NCBI GenBank assembly: GCA_964247055.1 | Contig: OZ176056.1 | Location: forward strand, 310,001-374,000 | DNA: 64,000 bases | Direction of reading: 5' to 3' | DNA from: Paragordius varius | Taxonomy: Eukaryota > Animalia > Nematomorpha | Part shown: positions 9,326 through 25,700 of the stretch, in pieces | Layout of the letters: each line of letters opens with the position of its first letter | Position numbering within the stretch: the first letter of the stretch is position 1 | Position numbers and translations under genes: made by a program | Notes under the pieces: model-generated | What the model saw: only the letters and a program-made list of their open reading frames with translations | The model's database searches: none | What the model was told of the DNA's origin: nothing

Positions 9326-12300
9326 GACTCTTTCATATCCGATTTTTACAACGATACTTTAAAAATTAATATATAAAACTAGTCGCATCAATACTCAAGT
9401 TAAACTTTGTCCTTAAAAATCGGATATTGATCACCGGTGAACAAAATTATTTTTTATACATTCTCTTAGTAAGACTACATCAAAATATAGAAATAGTTTG
9501 ACAAACTCTTTCATATCCGATTTTTACAACGATACTTTAAAAATTAATGTATAAAACTAGTCGTATCAATACTCAAGTTAAACTTTGTCCTTAAAAATCG
9601 GATATTGGTCACCGGTGAACAAAATTATTTTTTTTACATTCTCTTAGTAAGACTACATCAAAATATAGAAATAGTTTGACAAACTCTTTCATATCCGATT
9701 TTTACAACGATACTTTAAAAATTAATGTATAAAACTAGTCGTATCAATACTCAAGTTAAACTTTGTCCTTAAAAATCGGATATTGGTCACCGGTGAACAA
9801 AATTATTTTTTTTACATTCTCTTAGTAAAACTACATCAAAATATAGAAATAGTTTGACAAACTCTTTCATATCCGATTTTTACAACGATACTTTAAAAAT
9901 TAATGTATTAAACTAGTCGCATCAATACTCAAGTTAAACTTTGTCCTTAAAAATCGGATATTGGTCACCGGTGAACAAAATTATTTTTTATACATTCTCT
10001 TATCAAGACTACATCAAAATATAGAGATAGTTTGACAAACTCTTTCATATCCGATTTTTACAACGATACTTTAACAATTATGGTATTAAACCAGTCGCAT
10101 TAATACTCAAGTTAAATTTTGTCCTTAAAAATCGGATATTGGTCACCGGTGAACAAAACTATTTTTTATACATTCTCTTAGTAAGACTACATCAAAATAT
10201 AGAGATAATTGGACAAACTCTTTCATATCCGATTTTTACAACGATACTTTAAAAATTATGCTATTAAACCAGTCGCATCAATACTCAAGTTAAACTTTGT
10301 CCTTAAAAATCGGATATTGGTCACCGGTGAACAAAATTATTTTTTATACTCTTAGTAAGACTACATCAAAATATAGAGATAGTTTGGCAAACTCTTTCAT
10401 ATCCGATTTTTACAACGATACTTTAAAAATTAATGTATAAAACTAGTCGCAGCAATACTCAAGTTAAACTTTGTCCTTAAAAATCGAATATTACACCGGT
10501 GAACAAAATTATTTTTTTTACATTCTCTTAGTAAGACTACATCAAAATATAGAGATAGTTTGACAAACTCTTTCATATCCGATTTTTACAACGATACTTT
10601 AAAAATTAATGTGTTAAACTAGTCGCATCAATACTCAATTTAAACTTTGTCCTTAAAACTCGGATATTGGTCACCGGTGAACAAAATTATTTTTTATACA
10701 TTCTCTTAGTAAGACTACATGAAAATATAGAGATAGTTTGACAAACTCTTTCATATCCGATTTTTACAACGATACTTTTATAAAATTATGGTATTAACCC
10801 AGTCGAATCAATACTCAAGTTAAACTTTGTCCTTAAAAATCGGATATTGGTCACCGGTGAACAAAATTATTTTTTATACTCTTAGTAAGACTACATCAAA
10901 ATATAGAGATAGTTTGACAAACTCTTTCATATCCTATTTTTACAACGATACTTTAAAAATTAATGTATAAAACTAGTCGCATCAATACTCAAGCTAAACA
11001 TTGTCCTTAAAAATCGGATATTGGTCACCGGTGAACAAAACTATTTTTTATACATTCTCTTAGTAAGACTACATCAAAATATAGAGATAGTTTGACAAAC
11101 TCTTTCATATCCGATTTTTACAACGATACTTTAATAATTAATGTATAAAACTAGTCGTATCAATAAATCGCATGAATACTCAAGTTAAACTTTGTCCTTA
11201 AAAATCGGATATTGGTCACCGGTGAACAAAATTATTTTTTATACATTCTCTTAGTAGGACTACATTAAAATATAGAGATAGTTTGGCAAACTCTTTCATA
11301 TCCGATTTTTACAACAATACTTTAAAAATTAATGTATAAAACTAGTCGCATCAATACTCAAGTTAAACTTTGTCCTTAAAAATCGAATATTGGTCACCGG
11401 TGAACAAAATTATTTTTTATACATTCTCTTAGTAAGACTACATCAAAATATAGAGATAGTTTGACAAACTCTTTCATATCCGATTTTTACAACGATACTT
11501 TAAAAATTAATGTGTTAAACTAATCGCATCAATACTCAATTTAAACTTTGTCCTTAAAAATCGGATATTGGTCACCGGTGAACAAAATTATTTTTTATAC
11601 ATTCTCTTAGTAAGACTACATCAAAATATAGAGATAGTCTTACAAACTCTTTCATATCCGATTTTTACAACGATACTTTAAAAATTAATGTATTAAACTA
11701 GTTGCTTCAATACTCAAGTTAAACTTTGTCCTTAAAAATCGGATATTGGTCACCGGTGAACAAAATAATTTTTTATACATTCTCCTAGTAAGACTACATC
11801 AAAATAGAGATAGTTTGACAAACTCTTTCATATCCGATTTTTACAACGATACTTTTTTAAAATTATGGTATTAAACCAGTCGCATCAATACTCAAGTTAA
11901 ACTTTGTCCTTAAAAATCGGATATTGTTCACCGGTGAACAAAAATATTTTTTATACTCTTAGTAAGACTACATCAAAATATAGAGAGAGTTTGACAAACT
12001 CTTTCATATCCGATTTTTACAACGATACTTTAAAAATTATGGTATTAAACCAGTCGCATCAATACTCAAGTTAAACTTTGTCCTTAAAAATCGGATATTA
12101 GTCACCGGTGAACAAAATTATTTTATATACATTCTCTTAGTAAGACTACATCAAAATATAGAAATAGTTTGACAAACTCTTTCATATCCGATTTTTACAA
12201 CGATACTTTAAAAATTAATGTATAAAACTAGTAGTATCAATAAATCGCATCAATACTCAAGTTAAACTTTGTCCTTAAAAATCGGATATTGGTCACCGGT

Positions 12301-15300
12301 GAACCAAAGTATTTTTTATACATTCTCTTAGTAGGACTACATCAAAATATAGAGATAATTTGGCAAACTCTTTCATATCCGATTTTTACAACGATACTTT
12401 AAAAATTAATGTATAAAACTAGTCGCATCAATACTCAAGTTAAACTTTGTCCTTAAAAATCGAATATTGGTCACCGGTGAACAAAATTATTTTTTATACA
12501 TTCTCTTAGTAAGACTACATCAAAATATAGAGATAGTTTGACAAACTCTTTCATATCCGATTTTTACAACGATACTTTAAAAATTAATGTGTTAAACTAG
12601 TCGCATCAATACTCAATTTAAACTTTGTCCTTAAAAATCGGATATTGGTCACCGGTGAACAAAATTATTTTTTATACATTCTCTTAGTAAGACTACATCA
12701 AAATATAGAGATAGTTTTACAAACTCTTTCATATCCGATTTTTACAACGATACTTTAAAAATTAATGTATAAAACTAGTCGCATCAATACTCAAGTTAAA
12801 CTTTGTCCTTAAAAATCGAATATTGCTCACCGGTGAACAAAATTATTTTTTATACATTCTCTTAGTAAGACTACATCAAAATATAGAGATAGTTTGACAA
12901 ACTCTTTCATATCCGATTTTTACAACGATACTTTAAAAATTAATGTATTAAAAAAGTCGCATTAATACTCAAGTTAAACTTTGTCCTTAAAAATCGGATA
13001 TTGGTCACCGGTGAACAAAATTATTTTTTATACATTCTCTTAGCAAGACTACATCAAAATATAGAGATAGTTTGACAAACTCTTTCATATCCGATTTTTA
13101 CAACGATACTTTAAAAATTAATGTATAAAACTAGTCGTATCAATAAATCGCATCAATACTCAAGTTAAACTTTGTCCTTAAAAATCGGATATTGGTCACC
13201 GGTGAACAAAATTATTTTATATACATTCTCTTAGTAGGACTACATCAAAATATAGAGATAGTTTGGCAGACTCTTTCATATCCGATTTTTACAACGATAC
13301 TTTAAAAATTAATATATAAAACTAGTCGCATCAATACTCAAGTTAAACTTTGTCCTTAAAAATCGGATATTGATCACCGGTGAACAAAATTATTTTTTAT
13401 ACATTCTCTTAGTAAGACTACATCAAAATATAGAAATAGTTTGACAAACTCTTTCATATCCGATTTTTACAACGATACTTTAAAAATTAATGTATAAAAC
13501 TAGTCGTATCAATACTCAAGTTAAACTTTGTCCTTAAAAATCGGATATTGGTCACCGGTGAACAAAATTATTTTTTTAACATTCTCTTAGTAAGACTACA
13601 TCAAAATATAGAAATAGTTTGACAAACTCTTTCATATCCGATTTTTACAACGATACTTTAAAAATTAATGTATAAAACTAGTCGTATCAATACTCAAGTT
13701 AAACTTTGTCCTTAAAAATCGGATATTGGTCACCGGTGAACAAAATTATTTTTTTTACATTCTCTTAGTAAAACTACATCAAAATATAGAAATAGTTTGA
13801 CAAACTCTTTCATATCCGATTTTTACAACGATACTTTAAAAATTAATGTATTAAACTAGTCGCATCAATACTCAAGTTAAACTTTGTCCTTAAAAATCGG
13901 ATATTGGTCACCGGTGAACAAAATTATTTTTTATACATTCTCTTATCAAGACTACATCAAAATATAGAGATAGTTTGACAAACTCTTTCATATCCGATTT
14001 TTACAACGATACTTTAACAATTATGGTATTAAACCAGTCGCATTAATACTCAAGTTAAATTTTGTCCTTAAAAATCGGATATTGGTCACCGGTGAACAAA
14101 ACTATTTTTTATACATTCTCTTAGTAAGACTACATCAAAATATAGAGATAATTGGACAAACTCTTTCATATCCGATTTTTACAACGATACTTTAAAAATT
14201 ATGCTATTAAACCAGTCGCATCAATACTCAAGTTAAACTTTGTCCTTAAAAATCGGATATTGGTCACCGGTGAACAAAATTATTTTTTATACTCTTAGTA
14301 AGACTACATCAAAATATAGAGATAGTTTGGCAAACTCTTTCATATCCGATTTTTACAACGATACTTTAAAAATTAATGTATAAAACTAGTCGCAGCAATA
14401 CTCAAGTTAAACTTTGTCCTTAAAAATCGGATATTGGTCACCGGTGAACAAAATTATTTTTTATACATTCTCTTAGTAAGACTACATGAAAATATAGAGA
14501 TAGTTTGACAAACTCTTTCATATCCGATTTTTACAGCGATACTTTTATAAAATTATGGTATTAACCCAGTCGAATCAATACTCAAGTTAAACTTTGTCCT
14601 TAAAAATCGGATATTGGTCACCGGTGAACAAAATTATTTTTTATACTCTTAGTAAGACTACATCAAAATATAGAGATAGTTTGACAAACTCTTTCATATC
14701 CTATTTTTACAACGATACTTTAAAAATTAATGTATAAAACTAGTCGCATCAATACTCAAGCTAAACATTGTCCTTAAAAATCGGATATTGGTCACCGGTG
14801 AACAAAACTATTTTTTATACATTCTCTTAGTAAGACTACATCAAAATATAGAGATAGTTTGACAAACTCTTTCATATCCGATTTTTACAACGATACTTTA
14901 ATAATTAATGTATAAAACTAGTCGTATCAATAAATCGCATGAATACTCAAGTTAAACTTTGTCCTTAAAAATCGGATATTGGTCACCGGTGAACAAAATT
15001 ATTTTTTATACATTCTCTTAGTAGGACTACATTAAAATATAGAGATAGTTTGGCAAACTCTTTCATATCCGATTTTTACAACAATACTTTAAAAATTAAT
15101 GTATAAAACTAGTCGCATCAATACTCAAGTTAAACTTTGTCCTTAAAAATCGAATATTGGTCACCGGTGAACAAAATTATTTTTTATACATTCTCTTAGT
15201 AAGACTACATCAAAATATAGAGATAGTTTGACAAACTCTTTCATATCCGAGTTTTACAACGATACTTTAAAAATTAATGTGTTAAACTAATCGCATCAAT

Positions 15301-15999
15301 ACTCAATTTAAACTTTGTCCTTAAAAATCGGATATTGGTCACCGGTGAACAAAATTATTTTTTATACATTCTCTTAGTAAGACTACATCAAAATATAGAG
15401 ATAGTCTTACAAACTCTTTCATATCCGATTTTTACAACGATACTTTAAAAATTAATGTATTAAACTAGTTGCTTCAATACTCAAGTTAAACTTTGTCCTT
15501 AAAAATCGGATATTGGTCACCGGTGAACAAAATAATTTTTTATACATTCTCCTAGTAAGACTACATCAAAATAGAGATAGTTTGACAAACTCTTTCATAT
15601 CCGATTTTTACAACGATACTTTTTTAAAATTATGGTATTAAACCAGTCGCATCAATACTCAAGTTAAACTTTGTCCTTAAAAATCGGATATTGTTCACCG
15701 GTGAACAAAAATATTTTTTATACTCTTAGTAAGACTACATCAAAATATAGAGAGAGTTTGACAAACTCTTTCATATCCGATTTTTACAACGATACTTTAA
15801 AAATTATGGTATTAAACCAGTCGCATCAATACTCAAGTTAAACTTTGTCCTTAAAAATCGGATATTAGTCACCGGTGAACAAAATTATTTTATATACATT
15901 CTCTTAGTAAGACTACATCAAAATATAGAAATAGTTTGACAAACTCTTTCATATCCGATTTTTACAACGATACTTTAAAAATTAATGTATAAAACTAGT
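8946..15999 (+). repeat. 22/21-monomer tandem duplication (offset 3943 bp, then 3767 bp after loss of one 176-bp monomer)
   Basis: ggcagac at 9326/13269, actacatg at 10721/14488, tagtcttac at 11639/15406. The copies diverge at 12233/16000. Confidence 0.85.
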
Positions 16000-18900
16000 C
16001 GCATCAATACTCAAGCTAAACATTGTCCTTAAAAATCGGATATTGGTCACCGGTGAACAAAACTATTTTTTATACATTCTCTTAGTAAGACTACATCAAA
16101 ATATAGAGATAGTTTGACAAACTCTTTCATATCCGATTTTTACAACGATACTTTAAAAATTAATGTATAAAACTAGTCGCATCAATACTCAAGTTAAACT
16201 TTGTCCTTAAAAATCGAATATTGGTCACCGGTGAACAAAATTATTTTTTATACATTCTCTTAGTAAGACTACATCAAAATATAGAGATAGTTTGACAAAC
16301 TCTTTCATATCCGATTTTTACAACGATACTTTAAAAATTAATGTGTTAAACTAGTCGCATCAATACTCAATTTAAACTTTGTCCTTAAAAATCGGATATT
16401 GGTCACCGGTGAACAAAATTATTTTTTATACATTCTCTTAGTAAGACTACATCAAAATATAGAGATAGTTTTACAAACTCTTTCATATCCGATTTTTACA
16501 ACGATACTTTAAAAATTAATGTATTAAACTAGTCGCATCAATACTCAAGTTAAACTTTGTCCTTAAAAATCGGATATTGGTCACCGGTGAACAAAATATT
16601 TTATATACATTCTCTTAGTAAGACTACATCAAAATATAGAAATAGTTTGACAAACTCTTTCATATCCGATTTTTACAACGATACTTTAAAAATTAATGTA
16701 TAAAACTAGTCGCATCAATACTCAAGCTAAACATTGTCCTTAAAAATCGGAAATTGGTCACCGGTGAACAAAACTATTTTTTATACATTCTCTTAGTAAG
16801 ACTACATCAAAATATAGAGATTGTTTGACAAACTCTTTCATATCCGATTTTTACAACGATACTTTAAAAATTAATTTATAAAACTAGTCGTATCAATAAA
16901 TCGCATCAATACTCAAGTTAAACTTTGTCCTTAAAAATCGGATATTGGTCAACGGTGAACAAAATTATTTTTTATACATTCTCTTAGTAGGACTACATTA
17001 AAATATAGAGATAGTTTGGCAAACTCTTTGATATCCGATTTTTACAACAATACTTTAAAAATTAATGTATAAAACTAGTCGCATCAATACTCAAGTTAAA
17101 CTTTGTCCTTAAAAATCGAATATTGGTCACCGGTGAACAAAATTATTTTTTATACATTCTCTTAGTAAGACTACATCAAAATATAGAGATAGTTTGACAA
17201 ACTCTTTCATATCCGATTTTTACAACGATACTTTAAAAATTAATGTGTTAAACTAGTCGCATCAATACTCAATTTAAACTTTGTCCTTAAAAATCGAATA
17301 TTGGTCACCGGTGAACAAAATTATTTTTTATACATTATCTTAGTAAGACTACATCAAAATATAGAGATAGTTTTACAAACTCTTTCATATCCGATTTTTA
17401 CAACGATACTTTAAAAATTAATGTATTAAACTAGTCGCTTCAATACTCAAGTTAAACTTTGTCCTTAAAAATCGAATATTGGTCACCGGTGAACAAAATT
17501 ATTTTTTATACATTCTCTTAGTAAGACTACATCAAAATATAGAGATAGTTTGACAAACTCTTTCATATCCGATTTTTACAACGATACTTTAAAAATTAAT
17601 GTGTTAAACTAGTCGCATCAATACTCAATTTAAACTTTGTCCTTAAAAATCGAATATTGGTCACCGGTGAACAAAATTATTTTTTATACATTATCTTAGT
17701 AAGACTACATCAAAATATAGAGATAGTTTTACAAACTCTTTCATATCCGATTTTTACAACGATACTTTAAAAATTAATGTATTAAACTAGTCGCTTCAAT
17801 ACTCAAGTTAAACTTTGTCCTTAAAAATCGGATATTGGTCACCGGTGAACAAAATAATTTTTTATACATTCTCTTAGTAAGACTACATCAAAATAGAGAT
17901 AGTTTGACAAACTTTTTCATATCCGATTTTTACAACGATACTTTTTTAAAATTATGGTATTAAACCAGTCGCATCAATACTCAAGTTAAACTTTGTCCTT
18001 AAAAATCGGATATTGTTCACCGGTGAACAAAAATATTTTTTATACTCTTAGTAAGACTACATCAAAATATAGAGATAGTTTGACAAACTCTTTCATATTC
18101 GATTTTTACAACGATACTCTAAAAATTATGGTATTAAACCAGTCGCATCAATACTCAAGTTAAACTTTGTCCTTAAAAATCGGATATTAGTCACCGGTGA
18201 ACAAAATTATTTTATATACATTCTCTTAGTAAGACTACATCAAAATATAGAAATAGTTTGACAAACTCTTTCATATCCGATTTTTACAACGATACTTTAA
18301 AAATTAATGTATAAAACTAGTCGCATCAATACTCAAGCTAAACATTGTCCTTAAAAATCGGATATTGGTCACCGGTGAACAAAACTATTTTTTATACATT
18401 CTCTTAGTAAGACTACATCAAAATATAGAAATAGTTTGACAAACTCTTTCATATCCGATTTTTACAACGATACTTTAAAAATTAATGTATAAAACTAGTC
18501 GCATCAATACTCAAGTTAAACTTTGTCCTTAAAAATCGAATATTGGTCACCGGTGAACAAAATTATTTTTTATACATTCTCTTAGTAAGACTACATCAAA
18601 ATATAGAGATAGTTTGACAAACTCTTTCATATCCGATTTTTACAACGATACTTTAAAAATTAATGTGTTAAACTAGTCGCATCAATACTCAATTTAAACT
18701 TTGTCCTTAAAAATCGGATATTGGTCACCGGTGAACAAAATTATTTTTTATGCATTCTCTTAGTAAGACTACATCAAAATATAGAGATAGTTTTACAAAC
18801 TCTTTCATATCCGATTTTTACAACGATACTTTAAAAATTAATGTATTAAACTAGTCGCATCAATACTCAAGTTAAACTTTGTCCTTAAAAATCGGATATT

Positions 18901-19750
18901 GGTCACCGGTGAACAAAATTATTTTATATACATTCTCTTATTAAGACTACATCAAAATATAGAAATAGTTTGACAAACTCTTTCATATCCGATTTTTACA
19001 ACGATACTTTAAAAATTAATGTATAAAACTAGTCGCATCAATACTCAAGCTAAACATTGTCCTTAAAAATCGGAAATTGGTCACCGGTGAACAAAACTAT
19101 TTTTTATACATTCTCTTAGTAAGACTACATCAAAATATAGAGATAGTTTGACAAACTCTTTCATATCCGATTTTTACAACGATACTTTAAAAATTAATTT
19201 ATAAAACTAGTCGTATCAATAAATCGCCTCAATACTCAAGTTAAACTTTGTCCTTAAAAATCGGATATTGGTCACCGGTGAACAAAATTATTTTTTATAT
19301 ATTCTATTAGTAGGACTACATCAAAATATAGAGATAGTTTGGCAAACTCTTTTATATCCGATTTTTACAACGATACTTTAAAAATTAATGTATAAAACTA
19401 GTCGCATCAATACTCAAGTTAAACTTTGTCCTTAAAAATCGAATATTGGTCACCGGTGAACAAAATTATTTTTTATACATTCTCTTAGTAAGACTACATC
19501 AAAATATAGAGATAGTTTGACAAACTCTTTCATATCCGATTTTTACAACGATACTTTAAAAATTAATGTGTTAAACTAGTCGCATCAATACTCAATTTAA
19601 ACTTTGTCCTTAAAAATCGGATATTGGTCACCGGTGAACAAAATTATTTTATATACATTCTCTTAGTAAGACTACATCAAAATATAGAGATAGTTTTACA
19701 AACTCTTTCATATCCGATTTTTACAACGATACTTTGAAAATTAATGTATT
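15600..19750 (+). repeat. 13-monomer duplication (offset 2322-2323 bp)
   Basis: attagtcacc at 15867/18189, cggaaattgg at 16748/19071, ttaatttata at 16871/19194. Ends are approximate. Confidence 0.75.
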
Positions 19751-22700
19751 AAACTAGTCGCATCAATACTCAAGTTAAACTTTGTCCTTAAAAATCGGAT
19801 ATTGGTCACCGGTGAACAAAATAATTTTTTATACATTCTCTTAGTAAGACTACATCAAAATATAGAAATAGTTTGACAAACTGTTTCATATCCGATTTTT
19901 ACAACGATACTTTAAAAATAAATGTATAAAACTAGTCGTTTCAATAAATCGCATCAATACTCAAGTTAAACTTTGTCCTTAAAAATCGGATATTGGTCAC
20001 CGGTGAACAAAATTATTTTTTATACATTCTCTTAGTAGGACTACATCAAAATACAGAGATAGTTTGGCAAACTCTTTCATATCCGATTTTTACAATGATA
20101 CTTTAAAAATTAATGTATAAAACTAGTCGCATCAATACTCAAGTTAAACTTTGTCCTTAAAAATCGGATATTGGTCACCGGTGAACAAAATTATTTTATA
20201 TACATTCTCTTAGTAAGACTACATCAAAATATAGAGATAGTTTGACAAACTCTTTCATATCCGATTTTTACAACGATACTTTAAAAATTAATGTATAAAA
20301 CTAGTCGCATCAATACTCAAGCTAAACATTGTCCTTAAAAATCGGATATTGGTCACCGGTGAACAAAACTATTTTTTATACATTCTCTTAGTAAGACTAC
20401 ATCAAAATATAGAGATAGTTTGACAAACTCTTTCATATCCGATTTTTACAACGATACTTTAAAAATTAATGTGTTAAACTAGTCGCATCAATACTCAATT
20501 TAAACTTTGTCCTTAAAAATCGGATATTGGTCATCGGTGAACAAAATTATTTTTTATACATTCTCTTAGTAAGATTACATCAAAATATAGAGATAGTTTT
20601 ACAAACTCTTTCATATCCGATTTTTACAACGATACTTTAAAAATTAATGTATTAAACTAGTCGCATCAATACTCAAGTTAAACTTTGTCCTTAAAAATCG
20701 GATATTGGTCACCGGTGAACAAAATAATTTTTTATACATTCTCTTAGTAAGACTACATCAAAATATAGAGATAGTTTGACAAACTCTTTCATATCCGATT
20801 TTCACAACGATATTTTTTTAAAATTATGGTATTAAACCAGTCGCATCAATACTCAAGTTAAACTTTGTCCTTAAAAATCGGATATTGGTCACCGGTGAAC
20901 AAAATTATTTTTTATACTCTTAGTAAGACTACATCAAAATATAGAGATAGTTTGACAAACTGTTTCATATCCGATTTTTACAACAATACTTTAAAAATTA
21001 TGGTATTAAACCAGTCGCATCAATACTCAAGTTAAACTTTGTCCTTAAAAATCGGATATTGGTCACCGGTGAACAAAATTATTTTATATACATTCTCTTA
21101 GTAAGACTACATCAAAATATAGAGATAGTTTGACAAACTCTTTCATATCCGATTTTTACAACGATACTTTAAAAATTAATGTATAAAACTAGTCGTATCA
21201 ATAAATCGCATCAATACTCAAGTTAAACTTTGTCCTTAAAAATCGGATATTGGTCACCGGTGAACAAAATTATTTTTTATACATTCTCTTAGTAGGACTA
21301 CATCAAAATATAGAGATAGTTTGGCAAACTCTTTCATATCCGATTTTTACAACGATACTTTAAAAATTAATGTATAAAACTAGTCGCATCAATACTCAAG
21401 CTAAACATTGTCCTTAAAAATCGAATATTGGCCACCGGTAAACAAAATTATTTTTTATACATTCTCTTAGTAAGACTACATCAAAATATAGAGATAGTTT
21501 GACAAACTCTTTCATATTCGATTTTTACAACGATACTTTAAAAATTAATGTGTTAAACTAGTCGCATCAATACTCAATTTAAACTTTGTCCTTAAAAATC
21601 GGATATTGGTCACCGGTGAACAAAATTATTTTTTATACATTCTCTTAGTAAGACTACATCAAAATATAGAGATAGTTTTACAAACTCTTTCATATCCGAT
21701 TTTCACAACGATACTTTAAAAATTAATGTTTTAAACTAGTCGCATCAATACTCAAGTTAAACTTTGTCCTTAAAAATCGGATATTGGTCACCGGTGAACA
21801 AAATAATTTTTTATACATTCTCTTAGTAAGACTACATCAAAATATAGAGATAGTTTGACAAACTCTTTCATATCCGATTTTTACAAGGATACTTTTTTTT
21901 AATTATGGTATTAAACCAGTCGCATCAATACTCAAGTTAAACTTTGTCCTTAAAAATCGGATATTGGTCACCGGTGAACAAAATTATTTTATATACATTC
22001 TCTTAGTAAGACTACATCAAAATATAGAGATAGTTTGACAAACTCTTTCATATCCGATTTTTACAACGATACTTTAAAAATTAATGTATAAAACTAGTCG
22101 CATCAATACTCAAGCTAAACATTGTCCTTAAAAATCGGATATTGGTCACCGGTGAACAAAACTATTTTTTATACATTCTCTTAGTAAGACTACATCAAAA
22201 TATAGAGATAGTTTGACAAACTCTTTCATATCCGATTTTTACAACGATACTTTACAATAAATCGCATCAATACTCAAGTTAAACTTTGTCCTTAAAAATC
22301 GGATATTGGTCACCGGTGAACAAAATTATTTTATATACATTCTCTTAGTATGACTACATCAAAATATAGAGATAGTTTGACAAACTCTTTCATATCCGAT
22401 TTTTACAACGATACTTTAAAAATTAATGTACAAAATTAGTCGCATCAATACTCAAGCTAAACATTGTCCTTAAAATCGGATATTGGTCACCGGTGAACAA
22501 AACTATTTTTATACATTCTCTTAGTAAGACTACATCAAAATATAGAGATAGTTTGACAAACTCTTTCATATCCGATTTTTACAACGATACTTTAAAAATT
22601 AATGTATAAAACTAGTCGTATCAATAAATCGCATCAATACTCAAGTTAAACTTTGTCCTTAAAAATCGGATATTGGTCACCGGTGAACAAAATTATTTTT

Positions 22701-25700
22701 TATACATTCTCTTAGTAGGACTACATCAAAATAGAGAGATAGTTTGGCAAACTCTTTCATATCCGATTTTTACAAGATACTTTAAAAATTAATGTATAAA
22801 ACTAGTCGCATCAATACTCAAGTTAAACTTTTTCCTTAAAAATCGAATATTGGTCACCGGTGAACAAAATTATTTTTTATACATTCTCTTAGTAAGACTA
22901 CATCAAAATATAGAGATAGTTTGACAAACTCTTTCATATCCGATTTTTACAACGATACTTTAAAAATTATGGTATTAAACCAGTTGCATCAATACTCAAG
23001 TTAAACTTTGTCCTTAAAAATCGGATATTGGTCACCGGTGAACAAAATTATTTTTTATACTCTTAGTAAGATTACATCAAAATATAGAGATAGTTTGACA
23101 AACTCTTTCATATCCGATTTTTACAACGATACTCTAAAAATTATGGTATTAAACCAGTCGCATCAATACTCAAATTAAACTTTGTCCTTAAAAATCGGAT
23201 ATTGGTCACCGGTGAACAAAATTATTTTATATACATTCTCTTAGTAAGACTACATCAAAATATAGAGATAGTTTGACAAACTCTTTCATATCCGATTTTT
23301 ACAAGGATACTTTTTTTTAATTATGGTATTAAACCAGTCGCATCAATACTCAAGTTAAACTTTGTCCTTAAAAATCGGATATTGGTCACCGATGAACAAA
23401 ATTATTTTTTATACTCTTAGTAAGACTACATCAAAATATAGAGATAGTTTGACAAACTCTTTCATATCCGATTTTTACAACGATACTTTAAAAATTAATG
23501 TATTAAACTAGTCGCTTCAATACTCAAGTTAAACTTTGTCCTTAAAAATCGGATATTGGTCACCGGTGAACAAAATAATTTTTTATACATTCTCTTAGTA
23601 AGACTACATCAAAATAGAGATAGTTTGACAAACTCTTTCATATCCGATTTTTACAACGATACTTTTTTAAAATTATGGTATTAAACCAGTCGCATCAATA
23701 CTCAAGTTAAACTTTGTCCTTAAAAATCGGATATTAGTCACCGGTGAACAAAATTATTTTATATACATTCTCTTAGTAAGACTACATCAAAATATAGAAA
23801 TAGTTTGACATACTCTTTCATATCCGATTTTTACAACGATACTTTAAAAATTAATGTATAAAACTAGTCGCATCAATACTCAAGCTAAACATTGTCCTTA
23901 AAAATCGGATATTGGTCACCGGTGAACAAAACTATTTTTTATACATTCTCTTAGTAAGACTACATCAAAATATAGAGATAGTTTAACAAACTCTTTCATA
24001 TCCGATTTTTACAACGATACTTTAAAAATTAATGTATAAAACTAGTCGCATCAATACTCAAGTTAAACTTTGTCCTTAAAAATCGAATATTGGTCACCGG
24101 TGAACAAAATTATTTTTTATACATTCTCTTAGTAAGACTACATCAAAATATAGAGATAGTTTGACAAACTCTTTCATATCCGATATTTACAACGATACTT
24201 TAAAAATTAATGTATAAAACTAGTCGCATCAATACTCAAGTTAAACTTTGTCCTTAAAAATCGAATATTGGTCACCGGTGAACAAAATTATTTTTTATAC
24301 ATTCTCTTAGTAAGACTACATCAAAATATAGAGATAGTTTGACAAACTCTTTCATATCCGATTTTTACAACGATACTTTTTTAAAATTATGGTATTAAAC
24401 CAGTCGCATCAATACTCAAGTTGTCCTTAAAAATCGGATATTGTTCACCGGTGAACAAAAATATTTTTTATACTCTTAGTAAGACTACATCAAAATATAG
24501 AGATAGTTTGACAAACTCTTTCATATCCGATTTTTACAACGATACTTTAAAAATTATGGTATTAAACCAGTCGCATCAATACTCAAGTTAAATTTTGTCC
24601 TTAAAAATCGGATATTAGTCACCGGTGAACAAAATTATTTTATATACATTCTCTTAGTAAGACTACATCAAAATATAGAAATAGTTTGACAAACTCTTTC
24701 ATATCCGATTTTTACAACGATACTTTAAAAATTAATGTATAAAACTAGTCGCATCAATACTCAAGCTAAACATTGTCCTTAAAAATCGGATATTGGTCAC
24801 CGGTGAACAAAACTATTTTTTATACATTCTCTTAGTAAGACTACATCAAAATATAGAGATAGTTTGAGAAACTCTTTCATATCCGATTTTTACAACGATA
24901 CTTTAAAAATTAATGTATAAAACTAGTCGCATCAATACTCAAGTTAAACTTTGTCCTTAAAAATCGAATATTGGTCACCGGTGAACAAAATTATTTTTTA
25001 TACATTCTCTTAGTAAGACTAAATCAAAATATAGAGATAGTTTGACAAACTCTTTCATATCCGATTTTTACAACGATACTTTAAAAATTAATGTGTTAAA
25101 CTAGTCGCATCAATACTCAATTTAAACTTTGTCCTTAAAAATCGGATATTGGTCACCGGTGAACAAAATTATTTTTTATGCATTCTCTTAGTAAGACTAC
25201 ATCAAAATATAGAGATAGTTTTACAAACTCTTTCATATCCGATTTTTACAACGATACTTTAAAAATTAATGTATTAAACTAGTCGCATCAATACTCAAGT
25301 TAAACTTTGTCCTTAAAAGTCGGATATTGGTCACCGGTGAACAAAATTATTTTATATACATTCTCTTAGTAAGACTACATCAAAATATAGAAATAGTTTG
25401 ACAAACTCTTTCATATCCGATTTTTACAACGATACTTTAAAAATTAATGTATAAAACTAGTCGCATCAATACTCAAGCTAAACATTGTCCTTAAAAATCG
25501 GAAATTGGTCACCGGTGAACAAAACTATTTTTTATACATTCTCTTAGTAAGACTACATCAAAATATAGAGATAGTTTGACAAACTCTTTCATATCCGATT
25601 TTTACAACGATACTTTAAAAATTAATTTATAAAACTAGTCGTATCAATAAATCGCATCAATACTCAAGTTAAACTTTGTCCTTAAAAATCGGATATTGGT

